Origin: Bacilli bacterium
Lineage (GTDB): Bacteria; Bacillota_I; Bacilli_A; RF39; UBA660
Assembly (NCBI GenBank): GCA_017432825.1
Contig: JAFRIJ010000003.1
Location: 2,490-66,489 of the forward strand
Direction: 5' to 3'
Length of the DNA: 64,000 bases
Shown here: one piece after another, positions 1 through 10,141 of the stretch
How the letters are laid out: each line of letters opens with the position of its first letter
How positions within the stretch are numbered: position 1 is the first letter of the stretch
Position numbers and translations under genes: made by a program
The notes under the pieces: generated by a model
Database searches by the model: none
What the model saw: the letters and a program-made list of their open reading frames with translations, nothing else
Told to the model about the DNA's origin: nothing

Positions 1-767
1 TTTTATATGTTGGTACTAAGAAACAAGCTAGTGAAGTATGTCGTGAGGAAGCTGCGAGAAGTGGCATGTATTATATGACAGAAAGATGGCTTGGTGGAAC
101 ATTAACTAATTTCAAGACTATTAGAAAGAGAATCAAGAGATTAGAAGAAATTGAAAATATGGAAAAAGATGGTACTTTTGATAAGTTACCTAAGAAAGAA
201 GTAATTGGTTTAAAGAAGGAATATGATAAGTTAAATAAAAATTTATGTGGTATTCGTGAAATGACTAAGTTACCTCAAGCTGTTATTATAGTTGACTCTA
301 TTAAAGAAGAAAATGCTATTAAGGAAGCTAATAAATTAGGTATTCCTGTATTTGGAATTATTGATACTAATTGTGATCCTGATAGGGTTGATTATGTTAT
401 TCCTGGTAATGATGATGCTGTTAGAGCAATTAAAGTTGTTTTAGGTGCTTTAACTAATGCAATTGTTGAAGTAAATGGTGGAACAATTGTTGATTATGTT
501 ACTGAGGATGATAGTAAGAAAAATGCTAGATTTGAAAAGAAAGAAAATAAGAAGGAAGTTAAGAAAGAAAATAAGACTACTGAAAAGGTAGAAAAGAAAG
601 TTAAAAAAGAAGAAAAAGTTGAAGAGCCAAGTGTTTTAGAGATGACTTCACCTAAGTTAGATTTAAGTATTTTAACTGTAGCTGAATTAAGAGATTTAGC
701 TAAGAAAAAGGGTGTTAAGGGATATTCTAAAATGAAAAAAGATGAATTAATTGAAAGTTTAAAATAG
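1..767 (+). CDS. rpsB: 30S ribosomal protein S2 (5'-truncated by window edge) with Lys-rich C-terminal extension ending in a Rho_N/SAP-like helix motif
   Basis: Frame-3 translation from nt 3 gives [32 protein letters not shown], the canonical S2 core, with no start inside the window. The tail [10 protein letters not shown]...[34 protein letters not shown] resembles the Rho N-terminal domain. Confidence 0.85.
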   Translation, partial: LYVGTKKQASEVCREEAARSGMYYMTERWLGGTLTNFKTIRKRIKRLEEIENMEKDGTFDKLPKKEVIGLKKEYDKLNKNLCGIREMTKLPQAVIIVDSIKEENAIKEANKLGIPVFGIIDTNCDPDRVDYVIPGNDDAVRAIKVVLGALTNAIVEVNGGTIVDYVTEDDSKKNARFEKKENKKEVKKENKTTEKVEKKVKKEEKVEEPSVLEMTSPKLDLSILTVAELRDLAKKKGVKGYSKMKKDELIESLK

Positions 768-781
768 AAAGTGGGATATGT

Positions 782-1654
782 ATGATAACTGCAAGTATGG
801 TTAAAGAGTTAAGAGAATCAACTGGTGCTGGAATGCTTGATTGTAAGAAAGCATTAGAAGCTTGTAATGGTAATTTTGATGAAGCTGTTGATTGGCTAAG
901 AGAAAAGGGTATTTCTAAAGCTCAAAAGAAGGCTTCTAGAATTGCTGCTGAAGGTTTAGCTGTTTCTAAAATAGATGGTAATAAGGCTGTTATTGTGGAA
1001 GTTAATTCTGAAACAGATTTTGTTGCTAAAAATGAAGAGTTTAAGGGATTAGTTAATTTAATAGCAGATACTTTAATTAATAGTGATGTAACTTCTACTG
1101 AAGATGCTTTAAAGCTTACTAGTGATGGTAAGACTATTGAAGAAATTATTACTGAAAAAACTGCTACTATTGGAGAAAAGCTTACTTTAAGAAGATTTGA
1201 AATAGTTAATAAAGAAGATTCACAAATATTTGGTACATATTCTCATATGGGTGGAAAGATTGTTACTTTAACAGTTATGGATGGTGATGATAGTGAGCTT
1301 GCTAAGGATATTGCTATGCAAGCAGCAGCTATGAGACCTGAATATTTGGATAAGGATGAAGTTCCTAGTGATAGGGTTGATAAGGAAAGAGCTATTCTTA
1401 CTGAACAAGCTGAAAATGAGGGAATGGATCCTAATAAGATTCCTATGATTGTTAATGGTAGATTAAATAAATTTTATGAAGAAGTATGTTTAGTTGATCA
1501 AGCATTTATTAAAGAAAATAAGATGAAGGTTTCTAAATATGTTGAATCTAAAAATAGTAAAATAATTAGTTTTGTACGTTATGAAGTTGGCGAAGGAATG
1601 GAAAAAAGAGAAGAAAATTTTGCTGATGAAGTAATGAAGCAAATTAATGGATAA
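782..1654 (+). CDS. tsf: elongation factor Ts
   Basis: N-terminus MITASMVKELRESTGAGMLDCKKALEACNGNFDEAVDWLREKG is the EF-Ts UBA-like signature. It sits directly after rpsB, which is the conserved gene order. Confidence 0.9.
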   Translation: MITASMVKELRESTGAGMLDCKKALEACNGNFDEAVDWLREKGISKAQKKASRIAAEGLAVSKIDGNKAVIVEVNSETDFVAKNEEFKGLVNLIADTLINSDVTSTEDALKLTSDGKTIEEIITEKTATIGEKLTLRRFEIVNKEDSQIFGTYSHMGGKIVTLTVMDGDDSELAKDIAMQAAAMRPEYLDKDEVPSDRVDKERAILTEQAENEGMDPNKIPMIVNGRLNKFYEEVCLVDQAFIKENKMKVSKYVESKNSKIISFVRYEVGEGMEKREENFADEVMKQING

Positions 1655-1692
1655 AAGAAACATTATTGTTTCTTTTTTATTTTCTATGTTTA

Positions 1693-1701
1693 TGTTATAA
1701 T
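1693..1701 (+). promoter_or_regulatory. extended -10 element TGTTATAAT (recurring motif TTTATGTTATAAT) upstream of the helicase gene
   Basis: TGnTATAAT lies about 25 nt upstream of the RBS and ATG at 1725. The same 11-13-mer recurs at 12674, 30043, 32454 and 34670, with variants at 36075 and 58932. Confidence 0.45.
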
Positions 1702-1724
1702 TTTTATGTAAGGTTGGTGATGAT

Positions 1725-4700
1725 ATGATTCCTGTTAAACCTAAAGATGTTACTTGGACTGATGATCAATGGGAAGCTATATATGATGATAATAAGAATA
1801 TTATTGTATCTGCGGGAGCTGGTTCTGGTAAGACTGCTGTTTTAACAGAAAGAGTTATTCGTAAACTAAGGGATGGTGTTCATATTAATGAATTACTTAT
1901 TCTTACATTTACTAAAGCTGCTTCTTTGGAAATGGCTGATAGAATTAGAAAAAAGATAAAAAAGATTCCTGAATTATCGAAAGAACTTAATTTACTTAAT
2001 TCTTCTTATATTACTACTTTTGATAGTTTTGCTTTATCTGTTGTTAAAAAGTATCATTACCTTTTAAATCTTAGTGATAATATTAATATTATTGATGATG
2101 GTATTATTAATATTAAAAAAAATAATGTAATGGATGAATTGTTTTTAGAATTATATGATAGTAAAGATTCTAAGTTTTTAAATTTTATAAAATCTTTTTG
2201 TGTTAAAGATGATTCTGATATTAGAGGGTATTTAATAAATATTAATAATAAATTAGATTTATTATCTGATAAGTATATTTATTTAAATAATTATATTGAT
2301 AATTTTTATAGTGATTCTTATATTGATAAATGTATTAATAATTATTTAAATATTATTAATGATAAGATTATTTATATTAAGGAATTGGTTAAGGGTATTA
2401 GTTATATTGATAGTGATTTTGCTAATAAGATTAGTGATTCTTTATATATGTTATATAATTATAATAGTTATGATGATTTGGTTACTAAACTTAATATTAG
2501 ACTTCCTGTAGTTCCTCGTGGTAGTGATGAAGAACTAAAGAATTTGAAATCTACTATTAGTGATATTATTAAAGAGATAAAGAAATTATGTTGTTATGAT
2601 AATGCTAATGCTATTAAGAGTTGTATTTTATGCACTAAAGAAAATATTAGTGTTATTATTGATATTTTAATAGAATTTTCTAAGAGAATAGATTTGTATA
2701 AAAGAAAACTTAATTCTTATGAGTTTAGTGATATTGCTATTATGGCTATTAATTTATTAAAAGAAAATGATGATGTTAGGGAAGAATTATTTAATAGTTT
2801 TAAGGAAATAATGATTGATGAATATCAAGATACTAATGATTTGCAAGAAGAATTTATTTCTATGATAAGTAATCATAATGTATATATGGTTGGTGATATT
2901 AAACAGTCTATTTATAGATTTAGAAATGCTAATCCTTATTTGTTTAAAAATAAGTATGATGATTATAGTAGTAGTGATATTGATAGAAAGATTGATTTGA
3001 AGAATAATTTTAGATCTAGATGTGAAGTTATTAATGATATTAATACTATATTTAATTTGATAATGAGTGATATGATTGGTGGAGCATCTTATTTAGATAG
3101 TCATCAAATGATATTTGGAAATGATTTGTATAATAAAAATATAATTAAAGATTCTTGTGATATGGATATATATTGTTATAATTATGATAAGAATAGTAAA
3201 TATAGTAGAGATGAAATAGAGGCTTTCTTTATAGCAAGAGATATAATTGATAAATATAATAATAAATATCAAGTATTAGATAAGGAAACAAATTCTTTAA
3301 GAGATGTTAAATATAGTGATTTTGCTATTATTATGGATAGAGCTACTAATTTTGATTTGTATAAAAGAATTTTTTCTTATTTAGGTATTCCAATTAATAT
3401 ATTTAAGTCTGATAAATTAAATGATAGTGATGATATTAATGTTATTAGGAATTTAATTGGTTTAATTTTAAAGATTAAAGATAAGAAATATGATACTGAA
3501 TTTAAATATTTATTTGTAAGTGTTGCTAGAAGTTTTTTGATTAATTATAATGATGAAGTTATTTTTGATTATTTTTATAATAGTAATTTTAAAGATTCTA
3601 ATTTATATGGTATATGTTTAAATATTTCTAAAAAAATTGATTATATTACTATACACGAACTATTAGATATTATTGTTAATGAATTTAATTATTATGATAA
3701 TTTGATTACTATTGGTAATATTGAAAGTAATATAATTAAATTAGATAAATTATATGATGTTAGTTATAATTTGGAAAGTATTGGATATGATGTTAGAGAT
3801 TTTTATATGTATTTAACTGATATTTCTTCTTTTGGTTATTCTATTGAATATGATAATAATTCTTCATTACTTGATGGTGTAAGAATAATGACTATTCATA
3901 AATCTAAGGGGTTAGAATATCCTATATGTTATTTTAGTGGATTATATAAAAAGTTTAATATTAGTGATTTGAGAGAAAAGTTTTTATATGATAAAGAATA
4001 TGGTATTGTGATTCCTTATTTTGACTGTAATTATGGAATAGGAGAAACTATTTATAAGGAATTAATTAAAGATAGATACTTGATTGAAGAAATTAGTGAA
4101 AAGATAAGATTATTTTATGTAGCACTTACTAGGGCTAGAGAAAAAATAATTATGGTTAAGCCGTATAGTGATAAAGTTATAGATAATTGTAATATTAGTG
4201 TGTTAGAAGATAGTATTAAGAAAAATTATAGGTCTTTTGATGATATATTAAATTCTATTTATTTTAGGATTAATAATAATTATAAATATATTGATTTAGA
4301 TAAGTTAAATCTTAATTCTGATTATAAATTAATTAAAGTTGGTAATTTTAGAGATAATATTAAAAATAGTAATATTGTGTTAGATGTTAAGGAACTTAAT
4401 ATTGATAATAATATTATAAGTAATAATACTTTTTCTAAGGTTTCTAATGAACTTATTAGTAAGAATGAATATAATAATATGAATATGGGTACTAAAATAC
4501 ATGAAATATTAGAATTAATTGATTTAAAAAATCCTAATTTAGATTTAATAGATAATAAGTATTATAAGGATATTGTTTATGATTTTTTAAATCAAGATAT
4601 TGTTAAGAATATTAATAGCGCTAAAATATATAAAGAATATGAATTTATATATTATGAAGATGATAATAAATATCATGGTATTATTGATTTAATGCTTGAA

Positions 4701-4868
4701 TATGATGATTATATTGATATTATTGATTATAAATTAAAAAATGTTACTGATAGTAATTATATTAAACAGCTTAATGGTTATAAGGATTATATAAGTAATA
4801 AGAGTAATAAGGATGTTAATATTTATTTGTATTCTTTAATGGATAGGAAAATTATTAAGTTGGATTGA
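1725..4868 (+). CDS. UvrD-family ATP-dependent helicase with C-terminal PD-(D/E)XK nuclease domain (AddA/RecB-like helicase-nuclease)
   Basis: Walker A VSAGAGSGKTAVLTERV, helicase motif II DEYQDTN, and TIHKSKGLEYP (motif VI). The C-terminus has GTKIHEILE...GIIDLMLEYDD, as in the AddA nuclease. Length is 1047 aa and no addB is adjacent. Confidence 0.75.
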   Translation: MIPVKPKDVTWTDDQWEAIYDDNKNIIVSAGAGSGKTAVLTERVIRKLRDGVHINELLILTFTKAASLEMADRIRKKIKKIPELSKELNLLNSSYITTFDSFALSVVKKYHYLLNLSDNINIIDDGIINIKKNNVMDELFLELYDSKDSKFLNFIKSFCVKDDSDIRGYLININNKLDLLSDKYIYLNNYIDNFYSDSYIDKCINNYLNIINDKIIYIKELVKGISYIDSDFANKISDSLYMLYNYNSYDDLVTKLNIRLPVVPRGSDEELKNLKSTISDIIKEIKKLCCYDNANAIKSCILCTKENISVIIDILIEFSKRIDLYKRKLNSYEFSDIAIMAINLLKENDDVREELFNSFKEIMIDEYQDTNDLQEEFISMISNHNVYMVGDIKQSIYRFRNANPYLFKNKYDDYSSSDIDRKIDLKNNFRSRCEVINDINTIFNLIMSDMIGGASYLDSHQMIFGNDLYNKNIIKDSCDMDIYCYNYDKNSKYSRDEIEAFFIARDIIDKYNNKYQVLDKETNSLRDVKYSDFAIIMDRATNFDLYKRIFSYLGIPINIFKSDKLNDSDDINVIRNLIGLILKIKDKKYDTEFKYLFVSVARSFLINYNDEVIFDYFYNSNFKDSNLYGICLNISKKIDYITIHELLDIIVNEFNYYDNLITIGNIESNIIKLDKLYDVSYNLESIGYDVRDFYMYLTDISSFGYSIEYDNNSSLLDGVRIMTIHKSKGLEYPICYFSGLYKKFNISDLREKFLYDKEYGIVIPYFDCNYGIGETIYKELIKDRYLIEEISEKIRLFYVALTRAREKIIMVKPYSDKVIDNCNISVLEDSIKKNYRSFDDILNSIYFRINNNYKYIDLDKLNLNSDYKLIKVGNFRDNIKNSNIVLDVKELNIDNNIISNNTFSKVSNELISKNEYNNMNMGTKIHEILELIDLKNPNLDLIDNKYYKDIVYDFLNQDIVKNINSAKIYKEYEFIYYEDDNKYHGIIDLMLEYDDYIDIIDYKLKNVTDSNYIKQLNGYKDYISNKSNKDVNIYLYSLMDRKIIKLD

Positions 4869-4871
4869 CGA

Positions 4872-4930
4872 ACAAATGTATTTGTTAATTAATTTATTGT
4901 TAATTAACTATACATTTGTTTTTTTATGGA
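4872..4930 (+). terminator. long intrinsic terminator hairpin (outer stem AACAAATGTAT/ATACATTTGTT, inner TTGTTAATTAA duplicated) followed by T7
   Basis: Inverted repeat read directly from the sequence after the helicase stop, then a T-run. Confidence 0.6.
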
Positions 4931-4974
4931 TATAATGATATTGATATTTAAAGCAATGCAACTGGGGAGGATTT

Positions 4975-5865
4975 ATGTCTAAGGTTGTATTAGAATGCTG
5001 TAATTTATATAAGAGAATAAGTGGTAAGGAATTGGTTAGTGATGTATCTTTTTCTTTAAAAGAGGGAGAGATAATGGGGTTAATTGGACCTAATGGTGCT
5101 GGTAAGACTACTACTATTAAGTTGATACTTGGTCTTTATAAGCTTAATTCTGGTTCTATTAAGATATGTGGATATGATATATCTAGAGATTATGTTAAAG
5201 CTATTGGTAATGTTGGGGCTATTATAGAAAGTCCTGATATGTATATGTATATGTCTGGTTATGATAATTTAATGATTACTTCAAAGATTTATAATATTAG
5301 TAAAGATAGAGTAATGGAAGTAATTAATTTAGTTAATTTGGGGAAAAGAATATATGATAAAGTAAGTAAGTATTCTTTAGGTATGAGGCAAAGATTAGGG
5401 ATAGCGCAAGCAATACTTCATAATCCTAAGTTACTTATTTTAGATGAACCTACTAATGGATTAGATCCTGAGGGTATTGTTGAATTAAAAAGATTACTTA
5501 AGAAGTTAGCGAGTAAAGGTATTGGAATTATTGTATCTAGTCATATATTAAGTGAGTTAGAATCTTTTTGCAGTAATGTATGTATTATTAATAAGGGTAG
5601 AGTTATTAATTGTGGTAGTATTAATAAATTAATTAATTTATCTAGTAATAATTATATTATTGAATTAAGTGAAATTAATATTTCTAAATGTATTAGTAAT
5701 TATAATATTATTGACAATACTCATATTAGAGTAAAGACTAATTCTTTAAATGATGTTATTAGAAAATTATTAAATAATAATATTAATATTTATGAAATAA
5801 AGAGGGAAGTATTATCTTTAGAAGATATATTTATGTCTTTGGTGGGAGGTAATACTATTGATTAG
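4975..5865 (+). CDS. ABC transporter ATP-binding protein (ABC-2 type)
   Basis: Walker A GPNGAGKTT, ABC signature LSLGMRQRL, Walker B LLILDEP and H-loop SSH. Confidence 0.85.
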   Translation: MSKVVLECCNLYKRISGKELVSDVSFSLKEGEIMGLIGPNGAGKTTTIKLILGLYKLNSGSIKICGYDISRDYVKAIGNVGAIIESPDMYMYMSGYDNLMITSKIYNISKDRVMEVINLVNLGKRIYDKVSKYSLGMRQRLGIAQAILHNPKLLILDEPTNGLDPEGIVELKRLLKKLASKGIGIIVSSHILSELESFCSNVCIINKGRVINCGSINKLINLSSNNYIIELSEINISKCISNYNIIDNTHIRVKTNSLNDVIRKLLNNNINIYEIKREVLSLEDIFMSLVGGNTID

Positions 5866-7324
5866 GTTAATTGTTATTGAATTAAAGAAGATTTTTAAAC
5901 ATAAGAGTATTTATTTTATATTTTTATTTATGTTTTTATTTTGTTTCTTTAATAATTTATTATTTAAATTAGATTATGATTATGATGGAAGGTATAAGTA
6001 TACTGATGATATTAATATTGGTAAGGAAATTATTAGGTTAGATAAGGAAATTGATAGTTATGATGTAACTAATGATAAAGATAAGAATATATATGTTTCT
6101 ACTAAAAGTCTTAGAGATGTATATAAAGATATGATTAAATATAATAAGAATTCATGGCAGTATATTAAATATAATGATTATATGTATGATACTATTTATA
6201 ATATTAATTATTATACTTATGTTATAAAAGATAGTGATAAATTAAAAATATATACAAATAAGTATAATAAATATTTAGAGTATTTTAAAAGTAATAATTA
6301 TAAATATTTTATTAAAGAAGAGAAGGATACGTTAGTTAATAAGATAGATGATATAAGGAATAATATTAAAAGTATTAATGATAAAGAGTTATATAATAGT
6401 TTAGATAGAGAACTTACAAAATATAATAATGAGTTGTTTCTTTTAAATTATAGGATTAATAATAATATTGATTATGGTAATAATTATTTAAATAGAGCTT
6501 TAATTGAATATGGAAATGCTGTTAGGGATAAGGATATTTATAAAAATAGAAAGTTATCTTTTAATGATAGAATTAAGTATAATAATCTTATTAATAGAAT
6601 TTATATTAATAAATATATTGTTGATAATAGAGTTAATTTATTTAAGAATAATAGTTTAAATAGTGGACTTAGAAATATTACTTTAGATTATGAATTGTTT
6701 ATTATAATTGTTATTTTGGTTTCTATTGGAATATTAATTGGTGATGAATTTAGTAGTGGTACTATTAAGTTATTGATTATTAAACCTTATAAAAGAAGTA
6801 CTATATTATATAGTAAATTTATAGCAGGATTTTTGATGATATTAATTACTATTTTGTTTTTGATAATATGTGAATTAATTATTGGTGGATTTTTTTTAGG
6901 TTTTGATAGTTTAAAAGATATAGTTGCTATTTATGATTATAATGTTAATAGCATTAAAGAATACAATGTTATTATTTATATGTTAATAAATATACTATCT
7001 AGACTTCCTATTTTTATATTTGTTTTATTGTTTGGTGTTTTAATTAATATTATTAGTAGTAATAATATAATTAGTTTTGCTTCTACATTTATTGTTTTTT
7101 CTTTTTCAACTGTTATTAATAATTTAATAGTTAATAATAATATAAAGATCTTAAAATATCTATTTACAATGAATTGGGATTTTAGTAGTTATTTATTTGG
7201 TGGAATAGGTAATTTTAAATATCTTTCTTTAAAAAGTTCTATCTTTATATATATAATTTATGTTATAATATTATTAGTTATTATGACTATTTATTTTAAT
7301 AGAAAAGACATTAAAAATGTTTAG
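5858..7324 (+). CDS. ABC-2 family transporter permease with large extracytoplasmic domain
   Basis: One N-terminal TM, a roughly 230-aa soluble region, then 5-6 hydrophobic helices. It is translationally coupled to the ATPase (TTG start overlaps its stop). Confidence 0.6.
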   Translation: MIRLIVIELKKIFKHKSIYFIFLFMFLFCFFNNLLFKLDYDYDGRYKYTDDINIGKEIIRLDKEIDSYDVTNDKDKNIYVSTKSLRDVYKDMIKYNKNSWQYIKYNDYMYDTIYNINYYTYVIKDSDKLKIYTNKYNKYLEYFKSNNYKYFIKEEKDTLVNKIDDIRNNIKSINDKELYNSLDRELTKYNNELFLLNYRINNNIDYGNNYLNRALIEYGNAVRDKDIYKNRKLSFNDRIKYNNLINRIYINKYIVDNRVNLFKNNSLNSGLRNITLDYELFIIIVILVSIGILIGDEFSSGTIKLLIIKPYKRSTILYSKFIAGFLMILITILFLIICELIIGGFFLGFDSLKDIVAIYDYNVNSIKEYNVIIYMLINILSRLPIFIFVLLFGVLINIISSNNIISFASTFIVFSFSTVINNLIVNNNIKILKYLFTMNWDFSSYLFGGIGNFKYLSLKSSIFIYIIYVIILLVIMTIYFNRKDIKNV

Positions 7325-7337
7325 GTTGGTGAATAAT

Positions 7338-7964
7338 ATGATTGATACTATTAGAACAATGATTACTGGTGTTTTGCCTGATATATGGCCTGTTATAATT
7401 ATTATTACTGTTATAGCTTGTACACTTCGTATAGCGTATATAGTTAATAATGAGAAGGAATTTTGTTTTTATAGGGAATTATTTATGCTTCTATTTATTC
7501 TTTATGTAATGTGTTTGTTTGAAGTAGTTACAATACAAGATTATAATTATGGTTTATCTAATTTTATTCCTTTTCATGAAATATTTAGATATGATATTGG
7601 TTCTAGATTATTTATAAAAAATATTTTGGGTAATATATTGTTATTCTTACCATATGGATATTTTGCTACTAGTTATGTTAATAATAAGAAGGTATGGCCT
7701 GTAGTAATATTAACTGTTATTATTTCTATTACTATAGAATTAGTACAATTAAATATTGGTAGGACATTTGATATAGATGATGTTATTTTGAATACTTGTG
7801 GTGGTGTTTTGGGATTTTATTTATATAGATTTATGGACGCTATTAGTAATCGTTTGCCTAAGATATTTAAGACAGAGGGATTTATTAATTTTTTTGTTAT
7901 TGTTATATTAATATTTATTATTATATTTTTATTTAATATAAATATATTTGAACTTATTCAATAG
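7338..7964 (+). CDS. VanZ-like family membrane protein
   Basis: LLFLPYGYF...ELVQLNIGRTFDIDDVILNTCGGVLGFYLYR matches the VanZ-like domain. An alternative start lies at 7317. Confidence 0.6.
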   Translation: MIDTIRTMITGVLPDIWPVIIIITVIACTLRIAYIVNNEKEFCFYRELFMLLFILYVMCLFEVVTIQDYNYGLSNFIPFHEIFRYDIGSRLFIKNILGNILLFLPYGYFATSYVNNKKVWPVVILTVIISITIELVQLNIGRTFDIDDVILNTCGGVLGFYLYRFMDAISNRLPKIFKTEGFINFFVIVILIFIIIFLFNINIFELIQ

Positions 7965-7976
7965 AAGGGAGTATAT

Positions 7977-8417
7977 ATGTTTGAAATAATTAATGATACT
8001 GATAAGAATATTTTGGAATTAGATTTTTTAAATAACTATATTAAATATGTTGTTAATAAGTTAGATATAAATGATGCTATTTTTAATATTATTTTTGTTA
8101 GTGATGAGAAAATTCATGAGATTAATAAAACATATCGTGGTGTTGATAGAGTTACTGATGTTATTAGTTTTGCATTAGAGGATGGAGAAGATATAAAAAA
8201 TAACCCTATTAGGGTTTTGGGTGATATTTATATTGCTATTGATGTAGCTTATTTACAAGCAGAAGAGTATGGACATTCTAAAATTAGAGAGGTATGTTTT
8301 TTAGCAACACATGGACTACTTCATTTGTTAGGATATGATCATATGAATGAAGATGATGAAAAAATAATGTTTGATAAACAAAGGGAGATATTAGATGGAT
8401 ATGAAGTTTTTAGGTAA
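7977..8417 (+). CDS. ybeY: rRNA maturation endoribonuclease YbeY
   Basis: HGLLHLLGYDH zinc-binding motif. It sits in the conserved ybeY-dgkA-cdd-era context. Confidence 0.9.
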   Translation: MFEIINDTDKNILELDFLNNYIKYVVNKLDINDAIFNIIFVSDEKIHEINKTYRGVDRVTDVISFALEDGEDIKNNPIRVLGDIYIAIDVAYLQAEEYGHSKIREVCFLATHGLLHLLGYDHMNEDDEKIMFDKQREILDGYEVFR

Positions 8418-8820
8418 TTTATTTAAGAAAAGAAAAAATATATTTTTAACTACTCAGGGTAAATCAAAGTTTTCTGTTAGTGTTTTTCATGCTTTAAATG
8501 GTATTGAATATGCTGTTAATCATGAAAGAAATGTTAAGATAGAAATATTATTTGGGATTATGGTTTCAATAGCAGGTTTTATTTTTCATATTTCTATTTT
8601 TGAATGGCTTATTATTGTTTTAACTATTGCTATGGTTATTACTTTAGAGTTCGTTAATACTGCTATTGAGAGGGTAGTAGATTTAGTTACAACTGATTAT
8701 AAGGAATTAGCTAAGGTTAGTAAGGATGTCGCAGCGGGAGCAGTTTTATTTATGAGTATGTTTTCTGTTATTATTGGTATTGTTATATTTTTACCTAAGA
8801 TAATTGATTTATTTAAGTAG
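8395..8820 (+). CDS. dgkA: diacylglycerol kinase / undecaprenol kinase
   Basis: EYAVNHERNVKIE and EFVNTAIERVVD motifs with 3 TM helices. The size is typical for DgkA. Confidence 0.8.
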   Translation: MDMKFLGNLFKKRKNIFLTTQGKSKFSVSVFHALNGIEYAVNHERNVKIEILFGIMVSIAGFIFHISIFEWLIIVLTIAMVITLEFVNTAIERVVDLVTTDYKELAKVSKDVAAGAVLFMSMFSVIIGIVIFLPKIIDLFK

Positions 8821-8829
8821 GAGGAAGTT

Positions 8830-9213
8830 ATGGAAGAAAAATTAAGAAGTTTATTAAATAATTCATATACACCTTATTATAAGTATCCTGTTGCTAGTGT
8901 TATAGTGATGAAGGATGGATGTGAGTTTTATGGGGTTAATGTGGAGACTTCCAGTCCACAAGCTGGTATATGCGCTGAAAGAAATGCTTTATTTAGTGCT
9001 ATAGCAAGTGGTTATGGTAAAGGTGATGTTAAAGAGATTCATATTATGAGTAAGACAGATATGGATTGTTTTCCTTGTTTTATATGTAGACATGCTATTA
9101 ATGATTTGTGTGATAAAGATGTAATGGTTTATTCACATACATATAATAATAAAATTGTTAGTCATACTGTTAGTGAATTGTGCCCATATCCTTTTAGTGA
9201 GGATAATTTGTAA
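8830..9213 (+). CDS. cdd: cytidine deaminase
   Basis: CAERNA zinc ligand motif and PCFICRHA (PCGxCRQ-like). Confidence 0.8.
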   Translation: MEEKLRSLLNNSYTPYYKYPVASVIVMKDGCEFYGVNVETSSPQAGICAERNALFSAIASGYGKGDVKEIHIMSKTDMDCFPCFICRHAINDLCDKDVMVYSHTYNNKIVSHTVSELCPYPFSEDNL

Positions 9214-10103
9214 TGAAGAGTGGTTTTGTTAGTATAATAGGTAGGCCTAATGTAGGTAAGAGTACTTTACTTAATGCTATTATTGGTAAAAAGATTGCTA
9301 TTACATCTGATACTGCACAAACTACTAGAAATATGATACAGGGAATATATAATGATAAGGATTTGCAAATTGTTTTTGTAGATACCCCGGGAATACATAA
9401 GCCTAAGCATAAATTGGGTACTATGTTAAATGAGCAAGCATATTTTTCTATGAATGATGTAGATGTTATATTATTTTTAGTCTCTGCTAATGAAAAATTT
9501 GGGACTGGTGATAAGTTTGTTTTAGATAAGCTAAAGGAAGTTAATAAGCCGATTATTCTTGTTATTAATAAGATTGATAAAATAAAATATGATGAATTAC
9601 TTCCTATGATTAATGAATATAAGGATTATTATCCTTTTAAAGAAATTGTTCCTATTTCTGCTATTAACAATAAGAATATTAAAGAACTTATAGATTGTAT
9701 TTCTAATTATTTAACTGATAATATTAAGTATTATGATGATAATATTATTACTAATGTTAGTACTGATTTTTCTATATCAGAACTTATTAGAGAGAAAGTT
9801 TTATATTTTACGTATGAAGAGATTCCTCATTCTGTTAGTTGTATTGTTGATAATATTGAAGAGGATAAAAATAATGTTAGTATTGGAGCTTCTTTAATTG
9901 TTGATAGAGATAATTTGAAGAAGATTTTAATTGGTAAAAATGGTAGTATGATTAAGAAGATAGGTATTAATGCTAGGGAAGATATTGAAAAACTATTAAA
10001 TAAGAAAGTTTATTTAGATTTAAGAGTTAAGGTAATAGAGAATTGGCGAGATAAGGAATCTTTTTTAAGTAAAGAGTTGGGTTTAAATAATTTTAATGAA
10101 TAA
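9213..10103 (+). CDS. era: GTPase Era
   Basis: G1 GRPNVGKSTLLN, G3 DTPG, G4 NKID, and a C-terminal KH domain. Confidence 0.9.
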   Translation: MKSGFVSIIGRPNVGKSTLLNAIIGKKIAITSDTAQTTRNMIQGIYNDKDLQIVFVDTPGIHKPKHKLGTMLNEQAYFSMNDVDVILFLVSANEKFGTGDKFVLDKLKEVNKPIILVINKIDKIKYDELLPMINEYKDYYPFKEIVPISAINNKNIKELIDCISNYLTDNIKYYDDNIITNVSTDFSISELIREKVLYFTYEEIPHSVSCIVDNIEEDKNNVSIGASLIVDRDNLKKILIGKNGSMIKKIGINAREDIEKLLNKKVYLDLRVKVIENWRDKESFLSKELGLNNFNE

Positions 10104-10141
10104 ATAATAATATTCTTGTACATTATTTTATTGGTGATACT

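Noticed and set aside
500-767. Lys/Glu-rich repeat region at the end of rpsB considered as a separate small gene or intrinsically repetitive element
   Set aside because: It is in frame with the S2 core with no intervening stop or RBS, so it is a C-terminal extension of S2.
1725-4868. Possibility that the lone helicase-nuclease is a defence-island protein (Nhi/Gabija-like) rather than a recombination enzyme
   Set aside because: The motifs (VSAGAGSGKTAVL, DEYQDTN, C-terminal GxxxHxxLE...GxIDL) and the helicase-then-nuclease order match AddA/RecB specifically. The gene sits in a conserved housekeeping neighbourhood (rpsB-tsf) with a standard promoter. No other defence genes are nearby.
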